A DNA stretch of 64,000 bases from sequence record PQ471515.1; one strand, 5' to 3'. Positions 1 to 9,468 of the stretch are shown piece after piece. Both the position numbers and the translations under genes were made by a program. Position 1 is the stretch's first letter. The number at the start of each line of letters is the position of its first letter. Under the pieces are notes generated by a model. The model was not told the origin of the DNA. It saw only the letters and a program-made list of their open reading frames with translations, and did no database searches.

Positions 1-412
1 ATGAAACCCGTTAGATGATGGCATAGTTTGAACCACTCACGGCAATGCGGCTGTATAAAGAACTCCAATAGGATAAAGAGAGTTCCTCGATAGACATATA
101 AGGATCGCACCTTACCAATTATCTAAGGGAGATTTCATGAGAAATTTGCGGTCGTAATTTATACAAAATAGTTGCGTCCAAAATTCGTGAAATCAAATAC
201 AAGTACTGGTCATATGGTATTTGTATTATGTGTCGGGATGTTTAAGACCGACGACCGTTGCTACAAGAACCGCGATAGAGAGAAACAGAGCAACCCGCTT
301 TCGCCTCGTAAGAGAATTCGTGATATGAACTATGTGAAGGCCACCAGCGTCAAACTTTTTTGTTCTTTCCCCTGCGGGGGGATGAAATATGCTCAAGCAA
401 ACCCCGTCAATA
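1..412 (+). ncRNA. Candidate large structured non-coding RNA, copy A (5' part lies upstream of the window)
   Basis: Block-wise homology to 49838-50310. Stems include CCCGTTAG 7-14/CTAAGGG 123-129, GAACTC 60-65/GAGTTC 80-85, GATTTCATGA 131-140/TCGTGAAATC 185-194, GTCGG 232-236/CCGAC 248-252 and 363-372/377-386. G-U wobbles occur on the + strand. Confidence 0.65.
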
Positions 413-440
413 TTAATTAAAACAAATCATAGTACTTTCG

Positions 441-469
441 TTGAATTAGACATGCGAAGCGTGTATAAT
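441..469 (+). promoter_or_regulatory. sigma70-type promoter TTGAAT-N17-TATAAT
   Basis: TTGAAT 441-446 and TATAAT 464-469, just upstream of the first gene. Confidence 0.6.
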
Positions 470-530
470 TCGACTGGTGTTGATGAAGTCAACGCCATGT
501 ACAGTCATTGATGTTTCCATAGGAATAATG

Positions 531-1073
531 ATGTCATTTATTAAAAAATCTAAAAGCGTCACTTATAAAACACTAGAATTTGTTGATTCAGACAATCAGA
601 ACCAAGACCAAGAGAATTTTACTGGTTTTGTTGTGATTAAAGAAAAGGGATGTATTTCGTACATCAAAGAGTTGCAGTGCGGTTTTGAATTAACTTCCAT
701 TAAGTTATTCCCAACCAAGAAGCCTACAATTCTTAAAGCTCGTTATGGGAACTACTACGAAGAGCGTTATAGTAATAATCTAATCAGTGCGAAAGCACAT
801 ATCGTCAATGGAGAACTAGAAGGAGAATATAGAAAATTCAACCCACAAGGAAAATGTGTTTGGGTTAAATACTTCAATTCAGGAAATGATGTAACATCAG
901 AAATTATTGAGTTTTTAGGTTTAACATGTACCCTTGAAACTCTTCATGATTACAAATTTAATACTGAAGAAGAGTTTAATCTGATGATGCGTTATGGATC
1001 ACATTTTAAATTTTTATATGAATACAACATTGACAGTAGTACTTTTGATGACATAGTACTTAACTGTCTATAA
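531..1073 (+). CDS. Hypothetical protein with a MORN-like repeat and an EEEF C-terminal motif
   Basis: ORF track 477..1073; ATG 531 follows AGGA; contains GELEGEYRKFNPQGK. Confidence 0.65.
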   Translation: MSFIKKSKSVTYKTLEFVDSDNQNQDQENFTGFVVIKEKGCISYIKELQCGFELTSIKLFPTKKPTILKARYGNYYEERYSNNLISAKAHIVNGELEGEYRKFNPQGKCVWVKYFNSGNDVTSEIIEFLGLTCTLETLHDYKFNTEEEFNLMMRYGSHFKFLYEYNIDSSTFDDIVLNCL

Positions 1074-1089
1074 TCAAAGGAAATTATGT

Positions 1090-1614
1090 ATGTCGAAGAA
1101 GGATGCTTCGAAGAAAAAACAATCAGTACATTTCAGTACTGGAAAAGATAACTGGACTACTCCAAAGGATTTCTTTGAAGATTTGGATGAACTCTGGGAA
1201 TTTACACTAGATGCAGCATGTGTTAAAGAAACAGCATTGTGTGATAATTTCTTTACACCAGAAGATAATTCACTTGAACAGGACTGGGGAAACAATATCG
1301 TGTGGCTCAACCCACCGTACAGTGATTTGAAAACGTGGTTATCTAAGGCAGTTGATGCATATAACAAAGGTGCTACAGTACTGATTCTCGTACCATCAAG
1401 AACTGATACTATTGCGTTCCAGGACTATGCGTCTAAGTTATGCGACTGTATTTGTTTTATAAAAGGTCGCTTAAAGTTCGGTATCCCTGAAGAACCAGAT
1501 AAAAAGACGGATAGTGCTCCATTCCCTAGTTGTTTAATAGTACTGGATAAGTATTTGACTCCAGCTAAAATCAACTATCTTAAATCTATTGGTCAGGTGA
1601 TGAAGAACATATGA
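1090..1614 (+). CDS. Phage DNA N6-adenine methyltransferase (phage Dam-like family)
   Basis: NWTTPKDFF, FTLDAAC and VWLNPPYS (NPPY catalytic motif IV), plus LVPSRTDT. Confidence 0.9.
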   Translation: MSKKDASKKKQSVHFSTGKDNWTTPKDFFEDLDELWEFTLDAACVKETALCDNFFTPEDNSLEQDWGNNIVWLNPPYSDLKTWLSKAVDAYNKGATVLILVPSRTDTIAFQDYASKLCDCICFIKGRLKFGIPEEPDKKTDSAPFPSCLIVLDKYLTPAKINYLKSIGQVMKNI

Positions 1615-2144
1615 AAGAAACATGCGTAGTGACATTCGGAAGAATTAACCCAGTACATCGTGGTCATGGTTTAGTATTTGAAAAAGCTCAAGCACTACAA
1701 GAACAGTACAATGCGGATTTGAAAATATTCCTTAGCACCAGTACTGATGCCGTCAAAAACCCATTACCTCCTGAACTGAAAATGTACTATACAGAAGGAT
1801 TTTACCCATCTGTACAAGAAAATATCTATACAGAAGATAATCTGTTTGATATAATGAGAGAACTGGATGGAAAGTACTTAGATGTTCTTTTCATATGTGG
1901 TTCAGACAGACTTGAACCATTCCAAAAAACGCTTGACACGTACAATGGGAAGTTATATAATTTTTGTTCAATCAAGGCAGTTCAAGCTGGAATTGATCGA
2001 AATGTAAGTCGCTACAGTTCCACACAGATGCGTGAGTTTGCCAAGAATGAAGATTTTAATAGCTTCAGTACTTTTCTACCTGGTAATGATGATGCACTGA
2101 AAATTAAACTATTTGAAGATGTAATAAAATACATGAGGAAATAA
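1611..2144 (+). CDS. HxGH-family nucleotidyltransferase (cytidylyltransferase-like)
   Basis: TFGRINPVHRGH (HxGH), CGSDR and SSTQMR motifs. Confidence 0.8.
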   Translation: MKETCVVTFGRINPVHRGHGLVFEKAQALQEQYNADLKIFLSTSTDAVKNPLPPELKMYYTEGFYPSVQENIYTEDNLFDIMRELDGKYLDVLFICGSDRLEPFQKTLDTYNGKLYNFCSIKAVQAGIDRNVSRYSSTQMREFAKNEDFNSFSTFLPGNDDALKIKLFEDVIKYMRK

Positions 2145-2146
2145 CT

Positions 2147-2440
2147 ATGTCAGTACTGTTTAAAACTAACCCAGTACTTTGGGATCAGAATGAGGATTCG
2201 GGTTTCCGTTCAATCCATGTTGAATTCAAAGGTAATACGGTGGTTGCAATCATTGCAAACAAAACTTTAGGAAACTGGACTGCACAAGTTGTTCCTATGG
2301 GATATTCTTATACATCTGATGAAGTTGCGTTTCTGGCTGAATTATATAGTCAAACACCATTCATCATCAATGTTTTAGAGCGTAGTGATAAGTTAACACA
2401 TGACGAAGTAATTGACTTCCTGGCGAACTTACATGTCTGA
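2147..2440 (+). CDS. Hypothetical protein
   Basis: Tightly packed + strand ORF; no motif recognised. Confidence 0.65.
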   Translation: MSVLFKTNPVLWDQNEDSGFRSIHVEFKGNTVVAIIANKTLGNWTAQVVPMGYSYTSDEVAFLAELYSQTPFIINVLERSDKLTHDEVIDFLANLHV

Positions 2441-2720
2441 TGATTCGAATCTAACAGGTTATTTTTTACAAGAATCAATGATCAAATTCAGTGAACATTT
2501 TCCAGTACTAGATGGTGTGGAGATGTGGCATGTAAAACCACTCTTCCACACTTTCAGCAAAGAGCACAAAATGTTATTGACTGAGGCTTGTAAATCGAAT
2601 AAAATATGCCAAATCAAGATTGGTGTAAATGTCTACAAAGGATTAGTCATCTTTTTTGACAACAACAGCAACTACTTTTATATTGTTAAGGAGCATTACG
2701 TTGACAAATACAAATACTAA
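2433..2720 (+). CDS. Hypothetical protein
   Basis: ORF track 2412..2720; ATG 2433 overlaps the upstream stop. Confidence 0.65.
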   Translation: MSDDSNLTGYFLQESMIKFSEHFPVLDGVEMWHVKPLFHTFSKEHKMLLTEACKSNKICQIKIGVNVYKGLVIFFDNNSNYFYIVKEHYVDKYKY

Positions 2721-3312
2721 TACATACTTTCGTTATCTTCGCCTAGGGCTTTCCCTACGCCCAATCCGTGGTAAGTGTGATTCACTTGCTGATTTGGATT
2801 ATGCATATGCATTACATTGTGATGGTGTTCAATATGTATTAGGTGACTATGGCACATTCGAAGAATCCAATGACAGTTCAGAAATTATTGCTGGTGTTGC
2901 TAACCTTAACAACATTGCCAATAGTTCTCGTCATGAAATCGTTCTTGAAATTCAGAACTTCATTGAGAAAAATACTGGCAAGCGTACATGGTCATATGTC
3001 GGTACTGATGCACAAATGTCAATCGCATTTGGTAACGAAGATGGTTATGTAGCACAACTTATTATGGATTTCGAATCAGAAGAGAAGTTCCTAGAATACA
3101 AGGAAAAAATCATCCAATCCTTGTTGCAAATGGGTATTCCTGAAGATCGTATGCCTGAAATTCAAAGCATTGATGAGTTTGTTCTTATCCCATCTGATGA
3201 AAAATATGATGCGATGTTTACAGCACTGAACATTCCTGGTGTAGTTGTTGAGTACTTCGATGATGGTGATGGTGACATTTACCTAGATCTCGACGACGAT
3301 GATGATGAATAA
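2701..3312 (+). CDS. Acidic hypothetical protein, probable TTG start
   Basis: In-frame TTG at 2701 preceded by AAGGAG; Asp-rich C-terminus LDLDDDDDE. Confidence 0.7.
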   Translation: MTNTNTNTYFRYLRLGLSLRPIRGKCDSLADLDYAYALHCDGVQYVLGDYGTFEESNDSSEIIAGVANLNNIANSSRHEIVLEIQNFIEKNTGKRTWSYVGTDAQMSIAFGNEDGYVAQLIMDFESEEKFLEYKEKIIQSLLQMGIPEDRMPEIQSIDEFVLIPSDEKYDAMFTALNIPGVVVEYFDDGDGDIYLDLDDDDDE

Positions 3313-3317
3313 CACAT

Positions 3318-3346
3318 ATAGCCCGACATAAGTTCGGGCTATTTTT
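3318..3346 (+). terminator. Rho-independent terminator
   Basis: ATAGCCCGA-loop-TCGGGCTAT followed by a T tract. Confidence 0.85.
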
Positions 3347-3358
3347 GTAAGGGGAAAT

Positions 3359-3628
3359 ATGAATTACAAACATATACAATTCACTTATATGGAATTATTT
3401 AAATTACACCATAATCACAGAAGTACTAACACAATTAATAAAAATGCGTTTACTCATAAATTATGGTCAAATTACCTAGAAGAATTACGTGAGTATTTTA
3501 TTGATACTGAAATTTTCATTAATGGAAAAAAACGAAAGATACTTAGAGTCGATAGTTTTGGTGGTAGATTAGTACTTTCATATAAATTTGATAACGACTT
3601 ATTCTCTGTTGATTTGGTGAATATATGA
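3359..3628 (+). CDS. Small paralog-array protein (QFTY family)
   Basis: N-terminus MNYKHIQFTY shared with neighbours. Confidence 0.75.
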   Translation: MNYKHIQFTYMELFKLHHNHRSTNTINKNAFTHKLWSNYLEELREYFIDTEIFINGKKRKILRVDSFGGRLVLSYKFDNDLFSVDLVNI

Positions 3629-3885
3629 ATTATAAAGATTTCCAATTAACATTCAAGTGCATTCGTGACCTAGCAAATAAAAATAATAGTATATTTTTAG
3701 AAGATACATGTATTGAAATGATTAATATTGTGCGTGAGAGGATTAAAGAAAAATTCAGTACTGTAATTATCAACAACGATCATGCAGAATTTTCAGATAT
3801 AATCATTAAGCTCGATGGTAAAGTAGAGGTACAGTTCTACACTGATTTTGGATTTACGAGTGTTCCTCTGGAGATATTCCCTTGA
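3625..3885 (+). CDS. Small paralog-array protein (QFTY family)
   Basis: MNYKDFQLTFK. Confidence 0.75.
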   Translation: MNYKDFQLTFKCIRDLANKNNSIFLEDTCIEMINIVRERIKEKFSTVIINNDHAEFSDIIIKLDGKVEVQFYTDFGFTSVPLEIFP

Positions 3886-4193
3886 AATTAAATTTGAATG
3901 ATGTTCAATTCACGTATAAAAATATATATGGTTTGTATGACATGTATCTTTTTAGTGGGAAGATTGGTGAACATGTCGAATCAAAAGAATCACCATTTAT
4001 TAATAATTACTATGATTACTTAGATTCTATTGCTGAATATATAAAAAAGAATTACAGTACTTACACTGATGGAGATGACATATTTGAATATTCAGGTGTA
4101 AAATCTTATCAAGGTATTATCCATGTAGAATTTCTTGAAAAAACTGATAGGGAATTTATGGAGATTAAAGTTATGAAGTTAACGGACCTATAA
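3882..4193 (+). CDS. Small paralog-array protein (QFTY family)
   Basis: LNDVQFTYKNIY. Confidence 0.75.
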   Translation: MKLNLNDVQFTYKNIYGLYDMYLFSGKIGEHVESKESPFINNYYDYLDSIAEYIKKNYSTYTDGDDIFEYSGVKSYQGIIHVEFLEKTDREFMEIKVMKLTDL

Positions 4194-4203
4194 GAGTTGA
4201 CAT

Positions 4204-4515
4204 ATGAATATTAATGATATACAATTCACATACAAATTTTTGTATATCCAATACGCTACGGTTGATGCTGGAGAATATCTCTACGGTGAAATCTATCGTT
4301 CGGTATGGATAAAGTTTTTGGATGAATTACATGAATATTACCATGATTTGTGTATAGTTCGTGATAATAAAATATACAAATTCCGCGATATTGTTAGTCA
4401 TAGCGGTAAGCTACGATTGGAATTAAGTACTGATAGTGATGTTGATTGGATTGGTGTAAATTTACTGGAGTTGGAGAATGAAAAACAACTTAAAGGAAAT
4501 ACAAGTATTTTATAA
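4204..4515 (+). CDS. Small paralog-array protein (QFTY family)
   Basis: MNINDIQFTYKFLY. Confidence 0.75.
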   Translation: MNINDIQFTYKFLYIQYATVDAGEYLYGEIYRSVWIKFLDELHEYYHDLCIVRDNKIYKFRDIVSHSGKLRLELSTDSDVDWIGVNLLELENEKQLKGNTSIL

Positions 4516-4762
4516 ATTCTTATACTTGTCATATGTAAAAGATGAGTACTATGAAAGTGTGTATTATTTTTTATGGCAACATTACCGTACTATAGTAAGA
4601 GATTTATATATAGGAAAATCTATCATATCCAATGGTGAAAAATGTATATGTACTGATGTTGTTAGTTTTAATGGTTCTTTAACACTGTGTTTCAGATGCG
4701 ATAATAATAGTGGGTCATTTTCATTAAACGTATATCAATTAGAAGGAATAAATTTTGAATAA
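4478..4762 (+). CDS. Small paralog-array protein (QFTY family)
   Basis: LKEIQVFYKFLY; DVVSFNGSL resembles DIVSHSGKL of the upstream ORF. Confidence 0.75.
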   Translation: MKNNLKEIQVFYKFLYLSYVKDEYYESVYYFLWQHYRTIVRDLYIGKSIISNGEKCICTDVVSFNGSLTLCFRCDNNSGSFSLNVYQLEGINFE

Positions 4763-4955
4763 ATGTCCATATTGCAACAGTACTCAATTAGCTCGTTTCC
4801 GTTTAGATTCAGACTGGGCCACTGGTGCTGGTGATTTCTTTCCCATCAATGATGATTCGGAATACACTGAAGAACAGCACAAAGATTTTGATAAATCATG
4901 GCGACCTGACATTGAGTGCATTTATTGCCTTAATTGTGAGCGTATCCATGACTAA
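4755..4955 (+). CDS. Small Zn-ribbon protein
   Basis: CPYC ... CLNC cysteine pairs. Confidence 0.7.
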   Translation: MNKCPYCNSTQLARFRLDSDWATGAGDFFPINDDSEYTEEQHKDFDKSWRPDIECIYCLNCERIHD

Positions 4956-5211
4956 AGCTGAACTGATCGTGCAAACACTGCGTTTATTGAGGGATTTAGA
5001 TATCCCACGCATGGATGTGAAACTTGAAGATATCTACATTGAATCTCTTAGTGAAGATTACACCGATACCGTAATGATGCTGAATGACGTGCTTTATCGT
5101 ATAGATAGCATCAGTCGTCTTGGAAGTACTTTAAAAGTGAATATGGAAAGAGTTGATAAACTTTACGTACATATATATAGTCTACCCATTTCAATATTAA
5201 ACTATAGATGA
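4948..5211 (+). CDS. Hypothetical protein
   Basis: ORF track 4825..5211; ATG 4948 overlaps the upstream stop. Confidence 0.65.
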   Translation: MTKAELIVQTLRLLRDLDIPRMDVKLEDIYIESLSEDYTDTVMMLNDVLYRIDSISRLGSTLKVNMERVDKLYVHIYSLPISILNYR

Positions 5212-5498
5212 ATATTATATTGATACAAAAAACATATGCGTTATTGATGAAAGAATATACTAATACTTATGATGAAAAGTGCAGTGCAAATCATAATATG
5301 TATAAATTCATTACTCAAGAGTACAGGGATTATATATATGCTGCGTTAGTTGGTAGATATTTCAGTACTAAAAAACGTAAAGAACTCAAAGTTGTAGATA
5401 TTACTTTTTTCTACAACGGGCATATAACAATTCATGGTGTGGAACATAATTCACAAATATATCGTAACTACTCATCCAATGAGGTAACATTTTTATGA
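5208..5498 (+). CDS. Small hypothetical protein, probable distant QFTY family member
   Basis: MNIILIQKTY; similar size and layout to the array. Confidence 0.65.
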   Translation: MNIILIQKTYALLMKEYTNTYDEKCSANHNMYKFITQEYRDYIYAALVGRYFSTKKRKELKVVDITFFYNGHITIHGVEHNSQIYRNYSSNEVTFL

Positions 5499-5668
5499 GA
5501 GCATTATTTTTTATCTGGAGTCTTTTTTCACTAGCAGTACTGACAGTAAGTGGGATTTGTTTCCTTTCGACAATGAATGTCTGGTACATTAATTTACTAT
5601 TCCCATTCGTAGGTGTAGGTTTAGGATTTACTTTACATAGTGTTTGTAAGGATTTTAATGGCAAATAA
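5495..5668 (+). CDS. Small two-TM membrane protein (57 aa, not in ORF track)
   Basis: Manual translation MRALFFIWSLFSLAVLTVSGICFL...; ATGA overlap with the upstream gene. Confidence 0.55.
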   Translation: MRALFFIWSLFSLAVLTVSGICFLSTMNVWYINLLFPFVGVGLGFTLHSVCKDFNGK

Positions 5669-5942
5669 ATCGAATGAAGTACTTGTTGCTGAAACGATGA
5701 AGATGGTTTATACCATAACAACTAGTAATGATATGTCTTACCCAATTAAGTCCAAGTTGAGGGATATAACTCTTCAGGTTATACAGCAGTACTACAAATC
5801 TAAACACAAAAGTATTATTAATGTTTATCGTGACTATGAAAGGATTCGCATTTTGTTCTGGAACAAGAATCGAGTTCGTTCGGAATGTGATATAGAAAAC
5901 TTTAAATTTGAGAATCTTTATTGTTACAAAGCGGGACAATAG
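5658..5942 (+). CDS. Hypothetical protein
   Basis: ORF track 5640..5942; ATG 5658. Confidence 0.6.
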   Translation: MANKSNEVLVAETMKMVYTITTSNDMSYPIKSKLRDITLQVIQQYYKSKHKSIINVYRDYERIRILFWNKNRVRSECDIENFKFENLYCYKAGQ

Positions 5943-5960
5943 CTCAAGTAGTGATATAAT
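5933..5960 (+). promoter_or_regulatory. Promoter GGGACA-N16-TATAAT with TG extended -10
   Basis: One of six instances with identical spacing. Confidence 0.7.
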
Positions 5961-6000
5961 ATTGGATGAGGAACAATAACTAACACAAGGAGTGTGTAAA

Positions 6001-6729
6001 GTGCTTGACCGTATCCGTTTCGCTACAGAGATGGCGAATGAATTAAACATGGCAAATTTTCAAATGTTAACATCAGTAATGGCTGAACATGCATGTGCTT
6101 ATTCTGTAAGTGGTGTTCAGTGTGGACAGGAGAATATGTTAGCAGATGTATATAGCGAAGTTCAAAGTAAACAATACAGTGTAAAGACGTACAAGGATAA
6201 GTTCGTTAGTCTTTATATGAATGAAGACATTGCAGAAGACCGCAAATATACTGATTTTATTATTGAACGAAGAGTATCAGGTGTATCCAACCCAAATGCT
6301 GACAGTACTACAGTATTTGCAGAAGTACTTCAAGATATATATGAAAATGAATTGAAAAGTAAGAATCATTACAATGTACGTGAAACTAACACAGTGCTCT
6401 TGGGATATGATGAAGACGATCAATATTATTATTTCCGTATGACTGAAGTTCCTTTTGAATATAAATCACCAAGTACTACTGCTGTAAAAGAATTTACCGA
6501 GAAAAGCAAGAACTACAAGAAACATGAAGGCAACCGTTGTAGTATAAATGGTTATAATGAAGATGGTGTTCATATATATGAATGGGTTCATCCTAATTGC
6601 CAGACATACACCCGTTGCTTAAAGAAACGTTATAATTTAGAAGATAATGAATCCTTCTACTTTAAAGTTAAGAAACAAAGTTATACTCGTCCTGAAGATT
6701 CAGAATTGATGGGTATGGTATATTTCTAA
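6001..6729 (+). CDS. Hypothetical protein
   Basis: ORF track 5992..6729; GTG 6001 lies 8 nt after AGGAG. Confidence 0.7.
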   Translation: MLDRIRFATEMANELNMANFQMLTSVMAEHACAYSVSGVQCGQENMLADVYSEVQSKQYSVKTYKDKFVSLYMNEDIAEDRKYTDFIIERRVSGVSNPNADSTTVFAEVLQDIYENELKSKNHYNVRETNTVLLGYDEDDQYYYFRMTEVPFEYKSPSTTAVKEFTEKSKNYKKHEGNRCSINGYNEDGVHIYEWVHPNCQTYTRCLKKRYNLEDNESFYFKVKKQSYTRPEDSELMGMVYF

Positions 6730-6738
6730 GGAACTGTT

Positions 6739-7023
6739 ATGGATTTTAACTCACATGCTTGGACATTCGAACAGTATATTTCTTTGTATAATGAAATTTA
6801 CAATACTGATATGTCATACTGCAATTATTTTAGCAATATGATTGATGAATATTCAAAGGAATTTAATAGTTTATACCTTTATGTGAATAAAGAAGTTACA
6901 CATAAGACTATGAATAAAACAGGTACAATTGATGAAATTTCATTTGATACCCGTGGTGTGTATTTCTATATTACATTTTCTGATGATACTCTCGGTATAT
7001 ACACTTGTAGTGAGTTAAAATAA
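6739..7023 (+). CDS. Small hypothetical protein
   Basis: ORF with AAGGA upstream. Confidence 0.65.
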   Translation: MDFNSHAWTFEQYISLYNEIYNTDMSYCNYFSNMIDEYSKEFNSLYLYVNKEVTHKTMNKTGTIDEISFDTRGVYFYITFSDDTLGIYTCSELK

Positions 7024-7067
7024 AAATATAGGCCAGCGTTTGCTGGTCTTTTTTCGCAGGTACAAAG

Positions 7068-7370
7068 ATGCTCAGTATAGATTTAATTAACAGTACTATA
7101 AAGTTGTTAGCTGATGTAGTGAGAGAATCCAATGGAACTGTATACACATCAATGTATAAAATCTTTGAACGATACATCAAGGATTGTAATATATCCTTAT
7201 ATGGACTGGCTGTTGATATAGACGACCACTATGAAATTAATACTTCATATAAAACTGGAATGTTAATTGGTATTAATATAAAGATGGGATATTTTCCTTA
7301 TTACTGTATAGGATTACCAGATAGTACTATGGTAGATTACCCAGCCAGTACTATTAAACTAAGAGGATAG
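7068..7370 (+). CDS. Small hypothetical protein
   Basis: Packed ORF after the hairpin at 7031-7054. Confidence 0.65.
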   Translation: MLSIDLINSTIKLLADVVRESNGTVYTSMYKIFERYIKDCNISLYGLAVDIDDHYEINTSYKTGMLIGINIKMGYFPYYCIGLPDSTMVDYPASTIKLRG

Positions 7371-7374
7371 AATT

Positions 7375-8064
7375 TTGATTAAAGATTTAGATAGAATTTT
7401 ATATGTACTGAGGGGTGTAATTACATTACAACCACAGGTTAATCGTATGGAGAGAGCCTTTGAATTAAAATCAAGAGAAACTCCATATTCACATATATCA
7501 AATGTAGTTGGATCATTCAGTACTGAAGACTCGCCTTATGATATTTGTGTATGTGAAGTACAGCCAAGTTCGGATCTTGGATTTGCTATTTTTGATAAAA
7601 ATCAAAATCTCATTAGTATGTTTCAGTGCAATAATCCTTTTTGGAAAACATGCCTGTATCCAGAGTGGGCTATGCTTGATCCAACAAAGAGTTCCATTAA
7701 AGTATATGACTCTAAAAATGATGAAGTCGTTATTGATTTGGATGAGTCAATGTCAGAGGAAGAACACTTTCAGCTAATGATGATGCGTGCTATGCCTGAA
7801 TACAATGCAATGATTAACACTGTGCAATACATTAAGGATACCATGCCATCGTTGCGTACACATGAGTTTTGTCATCCGGTATTGTATGAACATTTGGATT
7901 TAGATTTCAGTACTATTAAATTTAAAGATAATGTTATTAATTACATTCAAGAGAATGTTAAATTTGATTTTATTAGTACAATGACAAATAATCCAAATAC
8001 TAATTTCAGGCATCAGTACAATGAATCTTTGTCTGGTGGTCGTGATACAACTTGGTGGAAATAA
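7375..8064 (+). CDS. Hypothetical protein carrying the EE-x-FQ motif
   Basis: ESMSEEEHFQLMMM. Confidence 0.7.
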   Translation: MIKDLDRILYVLRGVITLQPQVNRMERAFELKSRETPYSHISNVVGSFSTEDSPYDICVCEVQPSSDLGFAIFDKNQNLISMFQCNNPFWKTCLYPEWAMLDPTKSSIKVYDSKNDEVVIDLDESMSEEEHFQLMMMRAMPEYNAMINTVQYIKDTMPSLRTHEFCHPVLYEHLDLDFSTIKFKDNVINYIQENVKFDFISTMTNNPNTNFRHQYNESLSGGRDTTWWK

Positions 8065-8065
8065 T

Positions 8066-8329
8066 ATGAATATCCAAGATAGATTGCAATTGTTGCACAC
8101 ACTTGAAGAAGCTGCTTTTGAACTTGTTAATAAAATTGCACAAGAACTCCCAAAAGGAACCAAAGTTCGTGTTCGTGAAATGGATTATTTAACGGGAAAA
8201 ATTGATGAAAAAGTTCTAACAGTGATCAAAGTAACATACTATGAATCAGAGTTATCAATTCAATGTAATTCAGATAATGGTTACGTTTCCTACTATGGCA
8301 CAGATGTAGATATAGAGGTAATAAAATGA
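8066..8329 (+). CDS. Small hypothetical protein
   Basis: ORF track 8021..8329; ATG 8066. Confidence 0.65.
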   Translation: MNIQDRLQLLHTLEEAAFELVNKIAQELPKGTKVRVREMDYLTGKIDEKVLTVIKVTYYESELSIQCNSDNGYVSYYGTDVDIEVIK

Positions 8330-9468
8330 CCCTTTTACAAATATATGAAGATTTAATGCACTTATGTAATACTCGTGAGGCTTTCTTTTATGTGGATCAT
8401 AAAAGTCCTGCTGGTGGAACATATCGTGTATTCAGTTATCGTCTAGCATCATATACCGATTTCATGCAACCCAATGCATTAGAAACCCGTGGTTCTATGT
8501 GGGAAATTGATGAAGACGGTGATATGATTCGTTGTGCTGCTCGTACTATGAAAAAGTTCTTCAATGCTTACGAAAATCCTGCTACAATGTTCCCTGCTGA
8601 TACCACATTCGATGACATTGCAGTAGTGATGCCTAAGTTGGATGGTTCAGTAATCAGTACTTACCGTGATAATGATGGTGTAATTCGTTGTAAATCACAT
8701 ACTGCATTGTATTCAGACCATGCGATTAACAGTACTCGTCTTCTCAATGAGAACCAAAATTTGTATCAATACATTGACGAAGCAGACCGTTTGGGCTATA
8801 CTGTTAATCTGGAGTATACAAGTCCAGAGTACCGTATTGTATTACCATACCAGGTTGAACAAATATTTGTACTAAACGTTCGCCATCGCAAGAGTGGTGA
8901 ACTATTATGTGGTTCTGCATTACGTAACAAGTTTCCATGCCTTGCACAGTACAGTACTAACATGACAGGTAAAGATATTCATTACACTTTCCCTGTTCGT
9001 GCTACATTCAAAGAAAGTGTTGAAGAAGTTAAGAAAATGCTTGACATTGAAGGTTTTGTGTGCATCCTAAATAATGGTACAATGTGCAAAATCAAAACCG
9101 ACTGGTATTGTTCTTTGCATTTAACGAAAGACAGTATTATAATCGATTCCCATTTATATGAAGCTGTATTAAATGGTTCGAGTGATGATTTAAAACAGTT
9201 GTTCAGTACTGACGAATATGCTACCCAAAAGATATTAAGAATGGAACAACTAGTCTTTTCGTGCTATAATGCTTTACAAGATGAAGTTGAAAGCTTCGTC
9301 AAGGAACACAAGCACTTGGAGCGAAAGGAATTCGCTAAGAAGGTTCAGGAGTGTTTAACTAATGAACTGAATCGTCAGGGCTTGGCCTTTGCAATGTACA
9401 ACAATAAGAAAGTCGATTACAAAGAGACTCTTATTAAGTACATGAAAATTGTACTAAAGGATTTTTAG
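8326..9468 (+). CDS. rnlA: RNA ligase 1 (T4 RnlA/gp63-like)
   Basis: Motif I PKLDGS, motif IV IEGFV, KIKTDWY; 380 aa. Confidence 0.9.
   Translation: MTLLQIYEDLMHLCNTREAFFYVDHKSPAGGTYRVFSYRLASYTDFMQPNALETRGSMWEIDEDGDMIRCAARTMKKFFNAYENPATMFPADTTFDDIAVVMPKLDGSVISTYRDNDGVIRCKSHTALYSDHAINSTRLLNENQNLYQYIDEADRLGYTVNLEYTSPEYRIVLPYQVEQIFVLNVRHRKSGELLCGSALRNKFPCLAQYSTNMTGKDIHYTFPVRATFKESVEEVKKMLDIEGFVCILNNGTMCKIKTDWYCSLHLTKDSIIIDSHLYEAVLNGSSDDLKQLFSTDEYATQKILRMEQLVFSCYNALQDEVESFVKEHKHLERKEFAKKVQECLTNELNRQGLAFAMYNNKKVDYKETLIKYMKIVLKDF

Noticed and set aside
172-420. 82-aa ORF in the track
   Set aside because: It lies inside the structured element. The homologous copy B does not conserve this frame, and there is no SD.
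2656-2700. Apparent missing start or frameshift for the acidic ORF 2656..3312
   Set aside because: An in-frame TTG at 2701 with a strong AAGGAG SD explains it.
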